DNA of 59,556 nt, filler included. It is 4 parts of 4 records of this genome, joined end to end, with 100 filler letters (N's around TTAATTAATTAA, not from the genome) between each part and the next. Parts side by side here need not be neighbours in the genome. Positions count along the whole stretch, not along the records: positions 1 to 7,767 come from DRR723986_1431; positions 7,868 to 13,261 come from DRR723986_1439; 2 more parts are not named here. One strand, given 5' to 3'. The stretch's first letter is position 1; each line of letters starts with the position of its first letter. Shown one piece after another: positions 1 through 8,902 of this stretch. The position numbers were made by a program, and so were the translations under genes. The notes beneath the pieces are model-generated. The model saw nothing but the letters and a program-made list of their open reading frames with translations, had not been told where the DNA came from and ran no database searches.

Positions 1-119
1 CCCGCCTCTCCGGGTTCAAATTTGTTCAACTCGACGGTGAGATCACCGCTGTCTGCGGTTGCGCCGGTTGCCATAATGCCAAAGATCGCAGCCACCGCGA
101 TTGTCGAAAATCGTTTCAC
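1..119 (-). CDS. Secreted hypothetical protein, 5' part only (runs off the window edge)
   Basis: Manual translation from GTG at 119: MKRFSTIAVAAIFGIMATGATADSGDLTVELNKFEPGEAG. Sec-type signal peptide; GGGGGAAAG RBS upstream. Too short for the ORF track. Confidence 0.6.
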   Translation of the reverse strand, partial: MKRFSTIAVAAIFGIMATGATADSGDLTVELNKFEPGEA

Positions 120-407
120 ATCTTTCCCCCAAAATAGTGACCGCACCGCCGCTGACAGATTAAAAATCACATAATATTAGACACTTAAGGTGTGATGCTC
201 AGATCCCGAAAGGGCCGATACTTCATGTTTGCTATGCGGCGGATTGCCCATGAATTGGGCCGGTTACACAATTGATCAAAGTGAACGACAAGTTTGCAAT
301 TTGGTCAAGGCCGGTTCAAGAATGAGGTCCAAACGCATGAGTGAAGGCGCCAATTTGGGGTGCCGCATTGTGCCTGATTTGAACTCAAAGTCTTTGAAAG
401 GACCAAT

Positions 408-1541
408 GTGATGCACGAGCAAAGCGATGGCCCTGACAGTTTTCTCAAGCGGCTTGGCTGTTTTGATCGACGCTTGAAAGGGGTGATTGAAAAACTCAAG
501 GCAGAGCTTGAGAAACCATCCCGCCGAAACGCGCGGCAGGTTGATTTCCTATGTGCCGAGATTGACCGCCTGACCCGTGAGTATCTTTTATTTCTGACGG
601 CCCTAAACACTGCGCGGATCGAACATGAGGCTGCCGCGGGCTCTCCTGACGAGGTGATGAATGTCAAACGTGCTTGGGGTGTCGTTGGTGCGCAGACCAA
701 TTTGTTTCGTCTTGAGATTAACAGATGGGCAACCGTCCGGGGGCTGGTTCAGGAACAGCGCCAGGCCAGAAGACAGCCAATTTATCCGCCGCAGGCCAAA
801 CTGGCGAAAACGACCTATTCGCAAATGGGTGCAAGCGATGATGTCTTCCATTGGATCCATGCGATGTTGAACCCGGCAGAGCAAAGCGAAGCCGCCCGCG
901 ATCATGATTGTTTTCCCGACATAGCCTTGGCCAACAGTGAGTTCCACGAACACCTGCATGCCGCTTATCGGGTCATTCTGGCGCAGCGCCGCACGGGCCC
1001 GGTTCGGTTTCTAGACGTCGGTTGTGGTGGTGGCCTCAAGGTATTGACCGCATTTCGGTATTTTCCTCAATCGGATGGGTTTGACTTTGACCCCGCTTAT
1101 GTTGCGGCTGCTCATGATTTGCTGGCCAAGGATGATGGCCTCAATTGCCACGTCTTTGAGCAAGATGCGCTAACCTTTGACGGGTATGGGAACTACGACG
1201 TCATCTATTTCTACCGCCCGATCAGCGAAGAACGCCTATTGATCGAGATGGAACAGGCCATCGCCGCGCAGGCCCGTCCCGGCACCGTTCTTGTTGCGCC
1301 CTATGTCAGTTTTCCGGCCCGGCATGAGGCGTTGGGCTGTGGTCATATTGGCGGCGCGGTCTATGTCGCGGGGATATCCCAGAAACAGGCCAACAGCCTG
1401 CGGATCAAGGCAGAGCGGATGGGCCCATATATCGTGAAACCCGATGATGCGCCGCTGTCCTCGGTTTGGGATCCGCTGTTGGATGTGTCCCGTGCCAATG
1501 GGTATGACATTCCGGACCGCTACGAAAAACCGCGCTATTGA
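408..1541 (+). CDS. Class I SAM-dependent methyltransferase with N-terminal helical extension
   Basis: Motif I FLDVGCGGG, acidic GFDFD, QDAL, YDVIYFYRP; AAAGGA RBS upstream. Confidence 0.75.
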   Translation: MMHEQSDGPDSFLKRLGCFDRRLKGVIEKLKAELEKPSRRNARQVDFLCAEIDRLTREYLLFLTALNTARIEHEAAAGSPDEVMNVKRAWGVVGAQTNLFRLEINRWATVRGLVQEQRQARRQPIYPPQAKLAKTTYSQMGASDDVFHWIHAMLNPAEQSEAARDHDCFPDIALANSEFHEHLHAAYRVILAQRRTGPVRFLDVGCGGGLKVLTAFRYFPQSDGFDFDPAYVAAAHDLLAKDDGLNCHVFEQDALTFDGYGNYDVIYFYRPISEERLLIEMEQAIAAQARPGTVLVAPYVSFPARHEALGCGHIGGAVYVAGISQKQANSLRIKAERMGPYIVKPDDAPLSSVWDPLLDVSRANGYDIPDRYEKPRY

Positions 1542-1767
1542 CGCCTCAGCTGAACCGGCTTCGGCATGAGGGTGGGGTGTCGTATCGCGGCGGCCGATCT
1601 GCCAACTGTGCCGGAACAAGAGCAAATTTCGGGATGGCTGATTTGCTAAATCCCGCTCAGCTAATTCTAGACCTAGCTTTTCTCGCAGGAGTTGGTACCA
1701 TAATTTTTTTACGGTCTGCTTTGTTTCCTCGTTCTTTTGGTGTCCTCAGTTATTAAGGTTTTGTGCT

Positions 1768-2811
1768 TTGTCTGACTTGATGAAGACCCATGGCGATGAA
1801 TCGCCAAGTGGTGAAAATTTGGAGTATGATCCTGCCTTCACAGCGATGGAGCTTGAAGCGCAGCCGGAAGAAGAGCGCCAGGCGGGCAGCGAAATTGTTG
1901 CGGGCAGTGATCCTGACTACAAGGCTTTGGGGCAAAAGGCGCGCGAGGTTCTTGACCGCAGCCATGAGATTCGCGCGGCGGTCTATTTGGCCGACAGCGA
2001 ATTGCGGATCAATGGGCTTGAGGGGTTTGCCGAGGCCACGGGTTTTATCCGGTTCTGTCTTGAGGAACACTGGGACACCTGCCATCCAGAGCTGGATGCG
2101 GATGACGATGATGATCCAACCATGCGGATCAACGCGGTCACCAACCTTGCTGGTCGGTCAACCGTGATCCGGTCATTGCGGCGCTGGGCGCCTCTGACCA
2201 ACAGCCGGGCATTTGGACAGGTTACATTGCGCGACATCGAGGTGTCCAACGGTGACACGCCGCCCGCCGAAGACGAAACGCCAATGCCGATGGCGGATGT
2301 GCAGGCAGCCTTCAAGGACACGCCAGCGGAACAATTGCTTGCCTATTACGAAGCCGCAAAATCAGCCTTTGAAGATGTAAACGCCATCGATGCGGTGTTC
2401 CTTGAGAAAACACCGGGTTTTGGCCCTACGCTTGATCCGTTGCAAAAGATGTTGGGCGAAATTGTCGGCATTTTGGCCAAGGAAACCGGTGCGGATCAGC
2501 CTGCAACCGAAGATGGCGAGGAAGAAACCGCTGACGGAACCAGCCAGCCGCCACAGTCCGGCGGCGGGACAGGGGGCAGCGCCGTCAGCGCACCGGGCCA
2601 GATTGCATCTGCGGCCGATGTGGCCAGTGCTCTGGACAGCATTATTGCCTATTACAAACGGAACGAACCCTCTAGCCCATTGCCCATCCTGCTCGCGCGG
2701 GCGCGGCGGTTGATCGGGGCCGATTTCCTGACAATTGTGAATGATATTGCGCCTTTGGGCCTAGAGAATGTCAACCTCGTGGGGGGCATAGAAGAAGACT
2801 ACAGCGAATAA
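1768..2811 (+). CDS. tssA: T6SS TssA (ImpA_N domain, short TssA1 type)
   Basis: PSGENLEYDPAF, W...HPELD.DDD.DPTMRINA, C-terminal YYKRNEPSSPLPILLARA; start codon uncertain (TTG). Confidence 0.9.
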   Translation: MSDLMKTHGDESPSGENLEYDPAFTAMELEAQPEEERQAGSEIVAGSDPDYKALGQKAREVLDRSHEIRAAVYLADSELRINGLEGFAEATGFIRFCLEEHWDTCHPELDADDDDDPTMRINAVTNLAGRSTVIRSLRRWAPLTNSRAFGQVTLRDIEVSNGDTPPAEDETPMPMADVQAAFKDTPAEQLLAYYEAAKSAFEDVNAIDAVFLEKTPGFGPTLDPLQKMLGEIVGILAKETGADQPATEDGEEETADGTSQPPQSGGGTGGSAVSAPGQIASAADVASALDSIIAYYKRNEPSSPLPILLARARRLIGADFLTIVNDIAPLGLENVNLVGGIEEDYSE

Positions 2812-2872
2812 TCCGTCTTTGAAATTTGAGACAGGATAGCCAACGAAAAACTTTGAAATGGGGGAGACGAAA

Positions 2873-3394
2873 ATGTCCAGCTCACAGAAATTCATCGCCA
2901 GAAACCGCGCCCCGAGGGTGCAAATCGAATATGACGTTGAACTCTACGGTGCCGAGAAAAAAGTTCAGCTGCCATTTGTTATGGGGGTCATGTCGGACCT
3001 CGCGGGGAAATCCGAAGTGGAACAGCCCGGCGTTGCTGATCGCAAATTCCTGGAAATTGATGTTGATAACTTCGATGACCGGATGAAGGCGATGAAACCG
3101 CGGGCGGCGTTTTCGGTTCCGAACACATTGACCGGCGAAGGCAATCTGTCCGTCGATATCAGCTTTGAAAGCATGGATGACTTTTCGCCCGGTGCCATTG
3201 CCAGCAAGGTCGAGCCACTGCGCAAGCTGATGGAGGCCCGCAACGAGCTGTCGAACCTGATGACCTACATGGACGGCAAACCCGGTGCCGAAGAGCTGAT
3301 TTCAAAAGCGATGAACGACCCTGCCTTGCTCAAGTCGTTGGCGGCCCAAGCGGCCCCGGCGGATGATCAGGGTGACGCGAAAGACGAGGAGTAA
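2873..3394 (+). CDS. tssB: T6SS contractile sheath small subunit
   Basis: SSQKFIARNRAPRVQIEYDVE...LPFVMGVMSDL; ATG at 2873 after GGGGAG. Confidence 0.96.
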   Translation: MSSSQKFIARNRAPRVQIEYDVELYGAEKKVQLPFVMGVMSDLAGKSEVEQPGVADRKFLEIDVDNFDDRMKAMKPRAAFSVPNTLTGEGNLSVDISFESMDDFSPGAIASKVEPLRKLMEARNELSNLMTYMDGKPGAEELISKAMNDPALLKSLAAQAAPADDQGDAKDEE

Positions 3395-3397
3395 ACC

Positions 3398-4891
3398 ATG
3401 GCCGAAGAAGCAACAGAAGCCGAAGGCGGCGCAGGCGCGGTTCAGACCGAAGAATCCGATTTCGCCAGTCTGCTCCAGAAAGAATTTCGACCCCGCACGG
3501 ACACGGCCAAAACCGCCGTTGAAACCGCTGTCACCACATTGGCACAGCAAGCGCTTGAAAACGCGTCTCTTATTTCCGAGGACGTTCTGCTTTCGCTTGA
3601 GGCAATGGTCGCGGAAATTGATCGCAAGCTGTCCGAACAGGTCAATCAAATCATTCACCACGACGAATACCAAGAATTGGAAAGTGCGTGGCGGGGTTTG
3701 CATTTCCTTGTGAACAACACCGAAACGGATGAGATGCTCAAGATCCGGGTGTTGAATATTTCCAAGAAAGAGCTGCACAAGACCGTGCGCAAGTTCAAAG
3801 GCACGGCTTGGGATCAATCGCCAATCTTCAAAAAGCTTTATGGCGAAGAATATGATCAGATCGGCGGCGAGCCTTATGGCTGTCTGGTCGGGGACTACTA
3901 TTTCGATCACACGCCACCGGATGTGGAACTGCTTGGCGAAATGGCCAAGATCGGCGCGGCCGGGCATGCACCGTTCCTGGCCGCGGCTGCACCATCCTTG
4001 ATGCAGTTCGAAAGCTGGGGCGAATTGTCGAACCCACGCGATTTGACCAAGATCTTCCAAACGCCGGAATATGCCGGTTGGCGCAGCCTTCGCGACAGCG
4101 AAGACAGCAAATACCTTGGTCTGGCGATGCCGAAATTTCTGGGCCGCCAGCCATACGGCGCCAAGTCGAACCCCGTGGAAGAGTTCGCCTTTGAAGAAGA
4201 AACCGGTGATGGCGATTCGTCCAAGTTTGCATGGGTCAACGCAGCCTACGGCATGGCGATGAACATCAATCGGTCCTTTAAGGAATACGGCTGGTGCAGC
4301 CGTATCCGCGGGGTTGAATCGGGCGGGACAATCGAAGGATTGCCAACCCATACCTTCCCCACAGATGACGGCGGCGTGGACATGAAATGCCCAACGGAGG
4401 TTACGATCGGGGACCGCCGCGAGGCCGAATTGGCCAAAGCAGGTTTGATGCCGCTTTTGCACCGTAAGAACACGGATGTCGCATCGTTCATCGGGGCGCA
4501 ATCGCTGCACAAACCGGCCGAATATGACGATCCGGATGCAACGGCAAATGCCAATCTGGCTGCCCGTCTGCCCTACCTTTTCGCAACCTGCCGTTTTGCG
4601 CATTATCTAAAATGCATGGTTCGTGATAAGGTGGGTTCATTCAAAGAACGGGCTGAAATGGAGCGGTGGCTGAACGACTGGATTATGCAATACGTCGACG
4701 GCAACCCGGGCACATCGAGCGAAGACACCAAGGCGCGCAAACCACTTGCGGCGGCTGAGGTTGTTGTCGAAGCGGACGAAGAAAATCCGGGCTATTACCG
4801 CTCGCAATTCTATCTGCGCCCGCATTACCAATTGGAAGGCCTGTCCGTTTCACTGCGGCTTGTGTCGAAGTTGCCTTCTGAAAAACAATAA
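3398..4891 (+). CDS. tssC: T6SS contractile sheath large subunit
   Basis: LESAWRGL, GGEPYG, LPYLFATCRFAHYLK, LRPHYQLEGL motifs. Confidence 0.97.
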   Translation: MAEEATEAEGGAGAVQTEESDFASLLQKEFRPRTDTAKTAVETAVTTLAQQALENASLISEDVLLSLEAMVAEIDRKLSEQVNQIIHHDEYQELESAWRGLHFLVNNTETDEMLKIRVLNISKKELHKTVRKFKGTAWDQSPIFKKLYGEEYDQIGGEPYGCLVGDYYFDHTPPDVELLGEMAKIGAAGHAPFLAAAAPSLMQFESWGELSNPRDLTKIFQTPEYAGWRSLRDSEDSKYLGLAMPKFLGRQPYGAKSNPVEEFAFEEETGDGDSSKFAWVNAAYGMAMNINRSFKEYGWCSRIRGVESGGTIEGLPTHTFPTDDGGVDMKCPTEVTIGDRREAELAKAGLMPLLHRKNTDVASFIGAQSLHKPAEYDDPDATANANLAARLPYLFATCRFAHYLKCMVRDKVGSFKERAEMERWLNDWIMQYVDGNPGTSSEDTKARKPLAAAEVVVEADEENPGYYRSQFYLRPHYQLEGLSVSLRLVSKLPSEKQ

Positions 4892-4978
4892 GAAAATTGA
4901 GGTCGCAGCGGTTGTCGGTGCGACCCGACAGTTTTTGAAACGCGGAAGATCCGCTCTATCCATGAAAGGACGTTCGTA

Positions 4979-5470
4979 ATGGCCGTCGACATGTTTCTCG
5001 ATATCACGGGTGAAATTGAAGGTGAATCGCAGGATGCGAAGCACAAGAATGAAATTGATGTTCTGGCTTGGTCATGGGGCATGAGCCAGTCCGGTAGCTT
5101 CCACGTTGGTGGCGGCGGCGGTTCTGGCAAGGCCAACTTCCAAGACATCTCTGTGACCAAGTGGGTGGACAAGGCCTCTGCCATTTTGATGGTGTACTGC
5201 GCCAATGGGGATCACTTTTCTGACGCCAAGCTGACAGTGCGCAAAGCGGGCAAAAAGCCGCTCGAATACATCATCATCAGCATGAAGGATGTTTTGGTGA
5301 CATCCGTTCAAACCGGCGGTTCCGGTGGTGAAGACAAGCTGACCGAGAATATCACGCTGAATTTCCGGTCCTGCAAAGTCGAATATGTTCCACAGAAGAA
5401 GGACGGCAGCGGCGATGCTGCAAAGACCTTTGAATGGAACATGGCCGAGAACGAGCCAACGTTCGGATAA
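4979..5470 (+). CDS. hcp: T6SS tube protein Hcp (TssD)
   Basis: IEGESQDAKHKNEIDVLAWSWG, DISVTKWVDKAS, ENITLNF. Confidence 0.96.
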   Translation: MAVDMFLDITGEIEGESQDAKHKNEIDVLAWSWGMSQSGSFHVGGGGGSGKANFQDISVTKWVDKASAILMVYCANGDHFSDAKLTVRKAGKKPLEYIIISMKDVLVTSVQTGGSGGEDKLTENITLNFRSCKVEYVPQKKDGSGDAAKTFEWNMAENEPTFG

Positions 5471-5476
5471 GACAGA

Positions 5477-5499
5477 TCGCCGCGACGTAATCGCGGCGA
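5477..5499 (+). other. Perfect 9-bp stem-loop downstream of hcp (no U-tract)
   Basis: TCGCCGCGA-CGTAA-TCGCGGCGA. Confidence 0.5.
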
Positions 5500-5525
5500 G
5501 CCACCCTGCATTGCATTGACGGAGT

Positions 5526-6368
5526 TTGCTTGTGGAAAACACCGCACAAGATCTATTGAAAGCTGGGGATTTGGCCGGTGCATTGGCAGCATTGCAAGAC
5601 AATGTGCGTGCCCGCCCCGAAGATGCAAAACTGCGCATCTTTCTGTTTCAATTGCTTTGTGTTCAGGGGAACTGGGAGCGGGCCATTGCGCAGCTTAAAT
5701 TATGTGCGCAATTGGACCCATCCGCATTGCCGATGGCCCAAACCTACCGCGAGGCGATCATTTGTGAAGTGTTCCGCGAAAAGGTGTTCAAGGGCGAGAA
5801 AGACGCGCTGATTTTTGGAGAGCCGCAAGACTGGCTGGCGCTATTGGCGCAAGCACTTCGGGCGTTGGCCAAAGGCGATACAGCCCATGCGGCTCAGTTG
5901 CGCGAAGAGGCGTTTGAAAAGGCGCCCGCGACCTCCGGAGAGATTGACGGGCAAAACTTTGAATGGATCGCCGACGCGGATATGCGGCTGGGTCCGGTTT
6001 TGGAAATTGTCATCAATGGCAAATACTTCTGGATGCCCTTTAATGTGCTTTCCAGGCTTAGGATCGAGGCACCTGAAGATCTGCGCGATACGGTTTGGAC
6101 GGCTGTCAATCTGACCTTGAACAACGGGGGTGAATTGGTCGGGCTCGTCCCAACCCGCTATGCCGGGACTGTGGCAACGGACGAAGATGCCATGCTGCTG
6201 TCGCGCACAACGCAATGGGATGATCTGGGTGAGGGTCTGTTTGCGGGCTTGGGCCAGCGGCTTTTGGTGACGGATGCGGCGGAAATCCCGTTGATGGACG
6301 CGCGCAACATCCAGTTTGCCGCGCCTTCCGGCGCGGCGCCTTCCGATGGGGACGAGGGGGATGGCTGA
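5526..6368 (+). CDS. tagJ: T6SS accessory TagJ (ImpE/SciE family)
   Basis: LRIFLFQLLCVQGNWERA, FEWIADADMRLGPVLE, PEDLRDTVW, VPTRY. Confidence 0.92.
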   Translation: MLVENTAQDLLKAGDLAGALAALQDNVRARPEDAKLRIFLFQLLCVQGNWERAIAQLKLCAQLDPSALPMAQTYREAIICEVFREKVFKGEKDALIFGEPQDWLALLAQALRALAKGDTAHAAQLREEAFEKAPATSGEIDGQNFEWIADADMRLGPVLEIVINGKYFWMPFNVLSRLRIEAPEDLRDTVWTAVNLTLNNGGELVGLVPTRYAGTVATDEDAMLLSRTTQWDDLGEGLFAGLGQRLLVTDAAEIPLMDARNIQFAAPSGAAPSDGDEGDG

Positions 6369-6858
6369 TCGTACCCTTACAGAGCGTCTTCAACCGTCGA
6401 TCCTTGACCGGCTCACCGACGAAGCGCCTCATAAAAAGACTGAGACAACAGCAGAGCGGATGATCGACATCCGGCGGCTGCGCGAAATTATTCAGCGTGA
6501 TCTGTCTTGGCTGCTGAACACCGGCAACATCGACAGTGAGATTGACGCGGACCTTTATCCCAATGTGTCTCAATCGGTGCTGAACTACGGGGTGCCCGAT
6601 GCCACGGGGGATTACGCCAATTTGCGCCGCGCGGCCAATGTGCGTGATGCTATCCAAAAGGCGGTCGAACTGTTTGAACCGCGTTTGATAGATGGATCTC
6701 TTAACGTCATCAGCCGCACCAAAGACGCCAAGCGCGAGCCGGTGATCACCTTTGATATTGTTGGTGATATGTGGGCACAGCCCCTGCCGACAGAACTTTA
6801 TCTGCGCAGCCAGTTTGACACCACAACCGGTCAGGTCACGCTAGAGCAGGGGGCATAA
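6361..6858 (+). CDS. tssE: T6SS baseplate TssE (gp25-like)
   Basis: RLQPSILDRLTD, RDLSWLLN, SVLNYGVPD, FEPRL; ATG at 6361 after GAGGGGG. Confidence 0.93.
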   Translation: MADRTLTERLQPSILDRLTDEAPHKKTETTAERMIDIRRLREIIQRDLSWLLNTGNIDSEIDADLYPNVSQSVLNYGVPDATGDYANLRRAANVRDAIQKAVELFEPRLIDGSLNVISRTKDAKREPVITFDIVGDMWAQPLPTELYLRSQFDTTTGQVTLEQGA

Positions 6859-6864
6859 CCGACT

Positions 6865-7767
6865 ATGGATAGCCGTCTGCTGAGACATTATGAAACCGAA
6901 CTGGCGTTTCTGCGGGAAATGGGCGCGGAATTTGCCGACGCCTACCCCAAGATCGCCTCGCGTTTGGGGATGGATGGCCTCGAAATTCTTGACCCCTATG
7001 TTGAGCGCCTTCTTGAGGGGACTGCGTTTCTCACGGCGCGGGTCCAACTTGAGTTGGAGATGCAATATCCAGCGTTCACCAGCCATCTGCTGGATGTGGT
7101 TTTCCCGCATTTTCTGGCGCCTACACCCTCAATGATGGTGGCCGAATTGCTGCCCGATCTGACCAATGCCGATCTGGCGCAGGGCTATGAGCTGCCCCGC
7201 GAGACCACGCTGCGCTCCAAGACCGTCAGCGGGGCGCAAAAGGCTTGCCAGTTCCGCACTGCACATGATCTGCATTTGTGGCCCATCATAGTGACGGAGG
7301 CCGAATATATCGATGGGCGCGGTGCGCTTGTCGCGGCCGGGGTAGCCCAAGACGCAGAGGCCCGTTCGGCGGTTCGGCTGCGTCTGACACGCCACGGCGA
7401 TCTACCGATCAAGGAACTGCCGGTTGATGATCTGACGTTCTTTTTGGGCGGGCAGTTGAGCACCGGTTGGTCCTTGTACGAGATGCTTTGCGCCAGCCCG
7501 GCCACGGTGGTTGCCAAATCGCCAAACCGGCGCGACAGCTGGACCGAGAAGTTGCAACATCCCGTTCGTCCGCGCGGACTGGACCGGGATGAGGCATTGC
7601 TGCCCACACCGCGCCCGTCCTTTGACGGCTACAGGCTGTTGCAGGAACATTTTGCGATGCCGGAGCGCAATCTATTTGTCGAGGTTTCGAGCCTGCAATC
7701 GGTGATTTCCCGTTGCGACGAAGACAGTCTGGATCTGTATTTTCTGATGCGGGAAAGCAAACCGGAG
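6865..7767 (+). CDS. tssF: T6SS baseplate TssF, truncated by contig end
   Basis: YETELAFLREMGAEFA..YPKIASRL, DPYVERLLEG, GYRLLQEHFAMPE. Confidence 0.93.
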
Positions 7768-7867
7768 NNNNNNNNNNNNNNNNNNNNNNNNNNNNNNNNN
7801 NNNNNNNNNNNTTAATTAATTAANNNNNNNNNNNNNNNNNNNNNNNNNNNNNNNNNNNNNNNNNNNN
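7768..7867. other. Artificial contig spacer
   Basis: N-run + TTAATTAATTAA (stops in all frames) + N-run, 100 nt. Confidence 0.98.
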
Positions 7868-8176
7868 TACATGGACGACCTGCGCCCCGACCGCGCCCGC
7901 CCCGAGATCTGGCGGCAGTTTGCGCAAGGCGCACGCGGGCGCCCCATCGCCGCCTTGGGTGGGATCAGGGACCGCTCGTCGCTGGCCCTCACCAATGCGC
8001 GGATGAAACAGGATCCGATCTTCCGCGACGCCGCGCACCACTTTTTGCGCCGCTTTGACAAGACCTTTGCAGAATTCGAAGAACGTGCCAGTGATGGTGA
8101 AATCTCTGCGCTGGCTGACACGCGCACGGCCCGCGCGTTCATGTTGCTCGGCCGCTGCGCCGGTACGTTTGACTAG
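7868..8176 (+). CDS. C-terminal fragment of a conserved alphaproteobacterial hypothetical protein
   Basis: Open frame from the contig start (YMDDLRPDRARPEIW...RTARAFMLLGRCAGTFD*), followed by a terminator hairpin. Confidence 0.7.
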   Translation, partial: YMDDLRPDRARPEIWRQFAQGARGRPIAALGGIRDRSSLALTNARMKQDPIFRDAAHHFLRRFDKTFAEFEERASDGEISALADTRTARAFMLLGRCAGTFD

Positions 8177-8179
8177 GTC

Positions 8180-8214
8180 AAAAGGGGCGGAAAGTTTCCT
8201 CTCCGCCCCAATTT
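8180..8214. terminator. Probable bidirectional intrinsic terminator
   Basis: GGGGCGGA...TCCGCCCC stem between convergent genes, A-run on the left. Confidence 0.65.
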
Positions 8215-8215
8215 G

Positions 8216-8755
<540 letters not shown>

Positions 8756-8902
8756 TCAACGGTTGTCTGCACAAGGGCTGCGCATTGCAGCCCGCAATTA
8801 TCAGGACATCAAAGCTCCATTTTGATGCGCTGAGTATGACAGCCCCGCCGCAAATCCCCAAGGGCCAGGCGAGCCACTATCCAGGCACGATGCAAAACCG
8901 CA

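Noticed and set aside
3302-4603. Long antisense ORFs (also 13509-14594, 16818-18077, 28310-29329, 41485-42624, 47103-48302)
   Set aside because: They are shadows of well-supported genes on the opposite strand in GC-rich DNA, with no recognisable motifs.
7812-7823. TTAATTAATTAA recurring three times as a possible repeat or regulatory site
   Set aside because: It is always centred in N-runs, so it is a synthetic all-frame stop linker.
7868-8176. ORF after the first gap as a continuation of tssF or the T6SS
   Set aside because: It lies on a different contig and has no TssF or other T6SS motifs.
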